From an uncultured virus (IMG/VR IMGVR_UViG_3300025697_000015) (taxonomy: Duplodnaviria > Heunggongvirae > Uroviricota > Caudoviricetes), in IMG/VR virus record IMGVR_UViG_3300025697_000015: DNA of 20,000 nucleotides. One strand, 5' to 3'. The notes under the pieces are model-generated. The model was not told where the DNA came from. It was given only the letters and a program-made list of their open reading frames with translations, and searched no databases. The translations under genes and the position numbers were made by a program. Every line of letters begins with the position of its first letter. Position 1 is the stretch's first letter. Of the stretch, positions 15,081 through 20,000 are shown in pieces.

Positions 15081-17279
15081 TTAATCTTCCATATCCCACA
15101 AATCCACAGGTTCTTTTTCTTCGGTTTCGGATTTGAAATCTGAAACCACTTCTCTATTTATATACCCCTGTTCACTATCCCAGTGACGAATTCGGGAAGT
15201 AGCAATACCAACATAATCTTTTTCTCTATCAGTCCCAATAAAATCATGGCCAGTATGGAGACACGCAATCCCAGTTGAGCCGCTGCCCATAAACGGGTCC
15301 ATTACTGGACCATTATCCACAGGAATACCATCCAATAAACATTCCATCAACTTAATAGGCTTAACCGTATTATGGCTCATTCCTACAACGGTTTGAAAAG
15401 TTGGTGACCCTTCTACAGTCAAATTGACAACGACCCCAGTATAACTAACAGATTTGATTTCTTTAACATATCGAAGAAGGTATGTTTGGCCTTGATACTC
15501 GATATAAGTAGGACGTGAGTTTTTACGGTCAACCCGTTTCTGATTTTGACTATAAAAATATAAATGGTAAGTTGGTAGTGTAGTCTTAAATTTTCGATCT
15601 CCAATACCCTTACCCATTAAGGGGTCATATCTGAACAAATTAGTCCGATACCCTATAGAATCTCCTAATAAAGCCATCAAGGAAGCAAGATCAGGAGAAA
15701 CCGTTTTAGCTTGTTTGTATAAACGGCCTTTTACTTGACAACCATCTCCTGCCAAATACCCATCCAAAATTGCTTTTTTAATTGAAACATTAGCTACAAG
15801 TAAGTCAGGAGCTAATGTTTTAGTATCTGCATGTTGACCCCCATACAAATCAAACATCTGCCCTATTTTGGGATTAAAAGCTATTAATTGAACTGCTTTA
15901 CTTCGAGATTTTGGATAAACCCCAACATTCACACCAGTATTTTCAAAATATTTTTGTACTCTTTTAATTAGTTGGGGTTTATCAAGACCCAATGAATACG
16001 AAGGATATCTGTTAGATCCATGTCCTGCCTGTTGAAGAACCCCATCAGCTAAATACAATCCAAACATAAACCAAAGTTCAATATCATCAGGATATATCAC
16101 ATCAGTAGAAAATGAATTACATAAAGGAGTCATGGTATAATCCCCTTTTTTAATATCTTTTGCCTCAATCCAAGAAGCACAACCTCCTACAATGGAATTC
16201 CGTTTTCGTTCAGGTCTCCATATTAAATAGGGGTGGTTATCTGAAGAGGGGGCCGAATAATTAGTCCCATGAACACCAATGTCATACAGGTGACTAGAAG
16301 TGTAAAGGTGACGGCTAACATCCTTTACAATATGAAATCCCCCATCAGCACTAAACACCTGATCTCCAATTTTTATTTCACCTATAGGACGATAACCTCT
16401 TATAGTCATCACTAATGTATCAGGGTGTAAACAAGGATGGAAGTTCTTAATAGCCCCTGCTCGTGGACTATCTAAACCATCAGACCCCTCTTTACGCCCT
16501 ACAGCCTCAGCACCACTTACAGAAACTGTTTGACAGCCTGCTTCACGTTCTGAACGTGAAGCTTTGGGAACATAATGGAAATGACCTGCTTCTCTGATCC
16601 ATAGGATAGCATCACGAATTTCAAAGCCTGCATCCTCAACCCTACAAGTTCCAGTATGCCCTGTTGGTTCTGACTCTGGGGCAATCAGTAAAAGATGAGC
16701 ACCAGGCATTAAAACTCTTTTCAGATCTGCTGCTTGTTCCTCAGTCGGTTGCCCATAAGCTACAAGCCCTGGATATGAATTATCTTTTTCTTCCCCGACC
16801 TTCCAGGTACTGATGTCATCGTTGTAAAGAGCTTTCATATCAGGAGTAGAGATCATCGTTAAGAGGTAATCTAAAAGTTCTTGTGGGATATTCATAAACT
16901 CATCTTCCTTTAAGCATTTAAAAAATCGTGAAGCACCACCTGAATCATTATAATAGTCAGGGTTGTGATCGAAAGCTTCAAAGTGAAAAGTATTACCTTT
17001 TTTCGTGGTCGAAGCCTTCTTCTTATTACCCGCAGCATGGATACCTGCTTCAAGGCTGTCAATATCCAGTTGTTTCACTGGACAACTTGATATACAATAC
17101 CCAGATCGACACTCTTTAGGGTGACTCAAAATAACATTAGCAGGCCAACGACCTCCAGGATTCTGCTGGTCTTCCCCAATCCTACACCCATCGATGTTTA
17201 AAGCTCCTGTACCCAATATAGCACAGTTCATCGGGGTGGTCTTAATCAATGGGGTTCTACCAACAGTTATAACTCTCAT
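15081..17279 (-). CDS. Rearranged N6/N4 DNA methyltransferase subunit: variable module (copy 5, about 16905-17279), degenerate catalytic region and SAM-binding half, with an intein
   Basis: MRVITVGRTP...GGASRFFK; RVLMPGAHLL and EDAGFEIRDAILW but no DPPY; YVPKASRSERE; NFHP|TVKP split by the intein; motif I VMDPFMGSGSTG. Confidence 0.88.
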   Translation of the reverse strand: MRVITVGRTPLIKTTPMNCAILGTGALNIDGCRIGEDQQNPGGRWPANVILSHPKECRSGYCISSCPVKQLDIDSLEAGIHAAGNKKKASTTKKGNTFHFEAFDHNPDYYNDSGGASRFFKCLKEDEFMNIPQELLDYLLTMISTPDMKALYNDDISTWKVGEEKDNSYPGLVAYGQPTEEQAADLKRVLMPGAHLLLIAPESEPTGHTGTCRVEDAGFEIRDAILWIREAGHFHYVPKASRSEREAGCQTVSVSGAEAVGRKEGSDGLDSPRAGAIKNFHPCLHPDTLVMTIRGYRPIGEIKIGDQVFSADGGFHIVKDVSRHLYTSSHLYDIGVHGTNYSAPSSDNHPYLIWRPERKRNSIVGGCASWIEAKDIKKGDYTMTPLCNSFSTDVIYPDDIELWFMFGLYLADGVLQQAGHGSNRYPSYSLGLDKPQLIKRVQKYFENTGVNVGVYPKSRSKAVQLIAFNPKIGQMFDLYGGQHADTKTLAPDLLVANVSIKKAILDGYLAGDGCQVKGRLYKQAKTVSPDLASLMALLGDSIGYRTNLFRYDPLMGKGIGDRKFKTTLPTYHLYFYSQNQKRVDRKNSRPTYIEYQGQTYLLRYVKEIKSVSYTGVVVNLTVEGSPTFQTVVGMSHNTVKPIKLMECLLDGIPVDNGPVMDPFMGSGSTGIACLHTGHDFIGTDREKDYVGIATSRIRHWDSEQGYINREVVSDFKSETEEKEPVDLWDMED
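15369..16433 (-). mobile_element. Intein (355 aa) with a LAGLIDADG homing endonuclease, in the HP|TVKP motif
   Basis: Begins CLHPDTLV, block B SSDNHPYL, motifs MFGLYLADG and LDGYLAGDG, ends VVNLTVEG...MSHN followed by +1 Thr. Confidence 0.94.
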
Positions 17280-18913
17280 AAATCTAAAATATTCACTGCG
17301 GCATCAACTTCAGCTCCAACAGCTTGATTTTGATTAGTCGTCATTGGCATATCGAAACATGTCAGTACACGACGACAAGGCCATTCTACACGAGCTAAGA
17401 ACATCTCAAAGGGCTTCTGATCACGAGATTTTAAGCACTGGAACTGAACCCTGTTAGCTCCCATCAGATCATCATCAATCCACGAGGATGTGACAATATC
17501 CGCTGACCTCTCAGCTTCATTGGCATAAGATAAAGCCGTAACTTCATATCGAGCCGTACCCGTTTTCTCCTTGATCTTCAGAGCCGACCTGTAACCCTCA
17601 CGAGATATCTGGAACAATGCCACAACAGCCATTCCTGCACCACGATTGAATGACATAGCCAACTTCTTTGTATCACGAATGATCTCATTATCTCGGTCAG
17701 TACGACTTGCCACCCATTTACGAGGTGAAAGTAAACTAACGTGATCGATGACAATCATCCTGAATGGAGTTTTAGAATAGATAAGCTCGGCCTTCTGCCT
17801 GAGCTGGTCCATCGTGAAGTCCATTTTGGTCGGGTCTGCAACCTCAATGAATATTTTTCCGTAGTCACTTGACTTAGGATGAGGTTTGCCAAACTCATCC
17901 ACAGTACAAGTCAAAATTTCTTTAGTCTGAGGGTCGTGATATTTATCACCCGTCAGAGGACAGGTATCCACATCAACAGGTTTACCATTGTAATCAGGTG
18001 TGACATAATCAAACAGGAACTTTCTAGCATTCGGCTCCAGCGTCCCATCACGGATTTGTTCATAATTCAACCCGACTGTTTCTGTTGGGTTAGATTGAAG
18101 GCCAAGGAAATATCTGATAAGCCTGAATTTAGGGTGACTACTGTGGATAGCCCACAGGATATTACGGCATTGGATATAAGGCATCTCCAGACTGAATAAC
18201 AGATTAGAATGGAGATGGTAAATAGCCTGATTGTAAATCCAATTAAGAACCCAAGTGGATTTCATACCACCTGTAAAAGCTGCATGAATCCACAGCTCAA
18301 ACTTTCTGGCCCCATTGGTAGCAACATCTATCTGAGTTAGTCCAGTATGCTGACCGATTCCAGCCAGAGGGTCAGCTTCAACTTTCTCATACCGGCGGGA
18401 GAAGTCTTCTCCATCTCCCGTTACCTCACCTGAAAGCCGGGAACCAGAAGAAGGAGCAACAACGGAATGACTTTTCTCTAAGAAATAATGAACCGCTTCC
18501 ATCGGTCCTTTCAGTATCCTTTTCTCTTTGCCATTCCTGATCTCCAGCCCTGTCGTTAAGATAGTACTGGAGTCTTTCATCAGTTCTGTGACTTCACGGA
18601 TACGACGCTCTTCAACTTTAGCTCCTAATCGGGTATCAAAATCACCCTGAGAGAAGCCTTTGATATTTTCCAAGACTCGAAGACGTTCAGTAACCGTATC
18701 CTCATTCGTTCGAGCAAACTGAGTTTTTAAAGTAGTCAGATCAGGGGCGTGGTTATGTGCCCGAACAAATTGTTTCACGAACTCCCAAATAACCACGTCT
18801 TCAGGAAGATCAAAATGTAACCCTGAATCATCTAATTTAATGTAATTTCGGAGAAATAAATCAGGATTATCACCCGGAGCACCTATGAATGTGGATCTTA
18901 ATAGTGTTTTCAT
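17276..18913 (-). CDS. dnaB: DnaB-like (SF4) replicative helicase
   Basis: TGLTQID, Walker A variant AAFTGGMKST, FSLEMP, IVIDHVSLL, LFQISR, AERSADIV, LKSRD. Confidence 0.9.
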   Translation of the reverse strand: MKTLLRSTFIGAPGDNPDLFLRNYIKLDDSGLHFDLPEDVVIWEFVKQFVRAHNHAPDLTTLKTQFARTNEDTVTERLRVLENIKGFSQGDFDTRLGAKVEERRIREVTELMKDSSTILTTGLEIRNGKEKRILKGPMEAVHYFLEKSHSVVAPSSGSRLSGEVTGDGEDFSRRYEKVEADPLAGIGQHTGLTQIDVATNGARKFELWIHAAFTGGMKSTWVLNWIYNQAIYHLHSNLLFSLEMPYIQCRNILWAIHSSHPKFRLIRYFLGLQSNPTETVGLNYEQIRDGTLEPNARKFLFDYVTPDYNGKPVDVDTCPLTGDKYHDPQTKEILTCTVDEFGKPHPKSSDYGKIFIEVADPTKMDFTMDQLRQKAELIYSKTPFRMIVIDHVSLLSPRKWVASRTDRDNEIIRDTKKLAMSFNRGAGMAVVALFQISREGYRSALKIKEKTGTARYEVTALSYANEAERSADIVTSSWIDDDLMGANRVQFQCLKSRDQKPFEMFLARVEWPCRRVLTCFDMPMTTNQNQAVGAEVDAAVNILDL

Positions 18914-19813
18914 TTATTTTTTGCCCTTCCATTTCTTATTACGAGCATTCTTCTCCATCTTTCGAAGTTCGTCACTAGCCCAATCATCACCAGGAGTGTT
19001 TGAAATCTCCTCGGTTCTTTGGACAGGGGCTCGGATCACGTTTGCTCTTTTAGAGGGAGGAGGGGCTTTATCTTTTCGTGCAGCCGTTGGTGCTCTTTCA
19101 CCCGGAGCATCAGTCCCCATATCCATTTTCTGAATACCTTCATCTAAAGCAACGGCTTCCCAATCTTCAATATGGCTTCCGACATAAGGACTATAAGAGA
19201 TATGCCCTTCCATCAAGGGATACACAGGCTGATCTATCAGCCAAGTCTTTTTGTCTCGGAACTCCCGCAATGTCAGAGTCTCCAAAAGAACTTCCGGCAT
19301 AGCTGAATTTCGAGCAGCTTTAACTCCCAGACAAACAATCAAGAGAGCTGGGTGCTCTACCAATTCAGACAAAGCCTCAATAGGAGATTTGTCTAATCTT
19401 CGACGTTCATCATCTCTCATACCTGAGATATCAGGGTCATAAACATCCAGACCTTTAGAAAGCCAAGCATCCATAAGAGTTGCATCGGAAACCACGAGGA
19501 AATTCCACCGTGGCCCCATCCGGGCAGCAATATGCCTAATATGTTCTTTCATTTGAAAAGTTGAAGAAGTAATCATCAGGTTTTCTGTGTGCCTGCCAGC
19601 CAAAGGAGAGGACTTGATAGGTTTAGCTTTCGATAGCCCTTTCCAGCCTCGTTCAAGATTATGCATGACATCTCGAATCAACACACAGTTGCAAAACTTC
19701 GTAACTTCCCCAATAGCCATTGGAGGTCGTTCTTCTTTTGTTACAGGAACAACTCCTCTGCCATGACAAAACGGGCAGTTGGGAAGTCCATCACCTTGTG
19801 GGTAATCATTCAT
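18914..19813 (-). CDS. Degenerate DnaC/IstB-like helicase-loader homologue with an N-terminal zinc site
   Basis: CPFCHGRG...FCNC N-terminus, spacing similar to DnaC AAA+ elements but Walker motifs eroded; directly upstream of the helicase gene. Confidence 0.6.
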   Translation of the reverse strand: MNDYPQGDGLPNCPFCHGRGVVPVTKEERPPMAIGEVTKFCNCVLIRDVMHNLERGWKGLSKAKPIKSSPLAGRHTENLMITSSTFQMKEHIRHIAARMGPRWNFLVVSDATLMDAWLSKGLDVYDPDISGMRDDERRRLDKSPIEALSELVEHPALLIVCLGVKAARNSAMPEVLLETLTLREFRDKKTWLIDQPVYPLMEGHISYSPYVGSHIEDWEAVALDEGIQKMDMGTDAPGERAPTAARKDKAPPPSKRANVIRAPVQRTEEISNTPGDDWASDELRKMEKNARNKKWKGKK

Positions 19814-20000
19814 TTATCGGCCTCCACGGGCATCATCCAATAATCCATTGAAAATGTCTGAGATGTCATTCTGAACTTCAATAACAGAGGAATCATCCTC
19901 TCCTTTGAAGCGTTTACCAAGAACCATCTCAATCAGCTTCATCTTCTTACCCAACACTTCCATAACCCTTTTGTCAATCGTAATCTTATGCTGGAAACTC
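19814..20000 (-). CDS. C-terminus of a probable SNF2-family helicase (partial)
   Basis: Manual translation SFQHKITIDKRVMEVLGKKMKLIEMVLG...DDARGGR*; the TID.RV..vL..K..l...vlG pattern is typical of SNF2 C-termini. Confidence 0.6.
   Translation of the reverse strand, partial: SFQHKITIDKRVMEVLGKKMKLIEMVLGKRFKGEDDSSVIEVQNDISDIFNGLLDDARGGR

Noticed and set aside
3314..19843. Remaining short + strand and nested alternative-frame ORFs in the track
   Set aside because: They overlap well-supported - strand genes and show no recognisable motifs.

Overview
This looks like a replication and DNA-modification region of a large dsDNA bacteriophage or prophage-like element. Genes are tightly packed with ATGA/TAATG overlaps and strong SD sites, use the standard genetic code, and all but one lie on the - strand. 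In transcription order: SNF2-like helicase C-terminus, degenerate DnaC-like loader, DnaB-like helicase, a large block of DNA-modification and accessory genes, a stand-alone primase-type CHC2 zinc-finger protein, and a family A DNA polymerase that runs off the left edge and is missing from the ORF track. The most striking feature is a beta-class N6/N4 DNA methyltransferase broken into modules. A DPPY catalytic half (12100-12981) lacks the SAM-binding motif and has an in-frame TAA inside a small palindrome. A separate SAM-binding half (DPFMGSG) has a degenerate catalytic motif and an intein. Five divergent copies of the intervening variable module (M[IR]VITV[AG]R[KT]P...SR[FY]FK) occur: three free-standing, one fused to the SAM-binding half and one fused to an intein-containing C5 cytosine methyltransferase. 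A free-standing zinc-finger/LAGLIDADG endonuclease gene with its own promoter is inserted antisense at the methylase 5' end, with duplication of that end. All calls rest on motif recognition by eye; no database searches were run.
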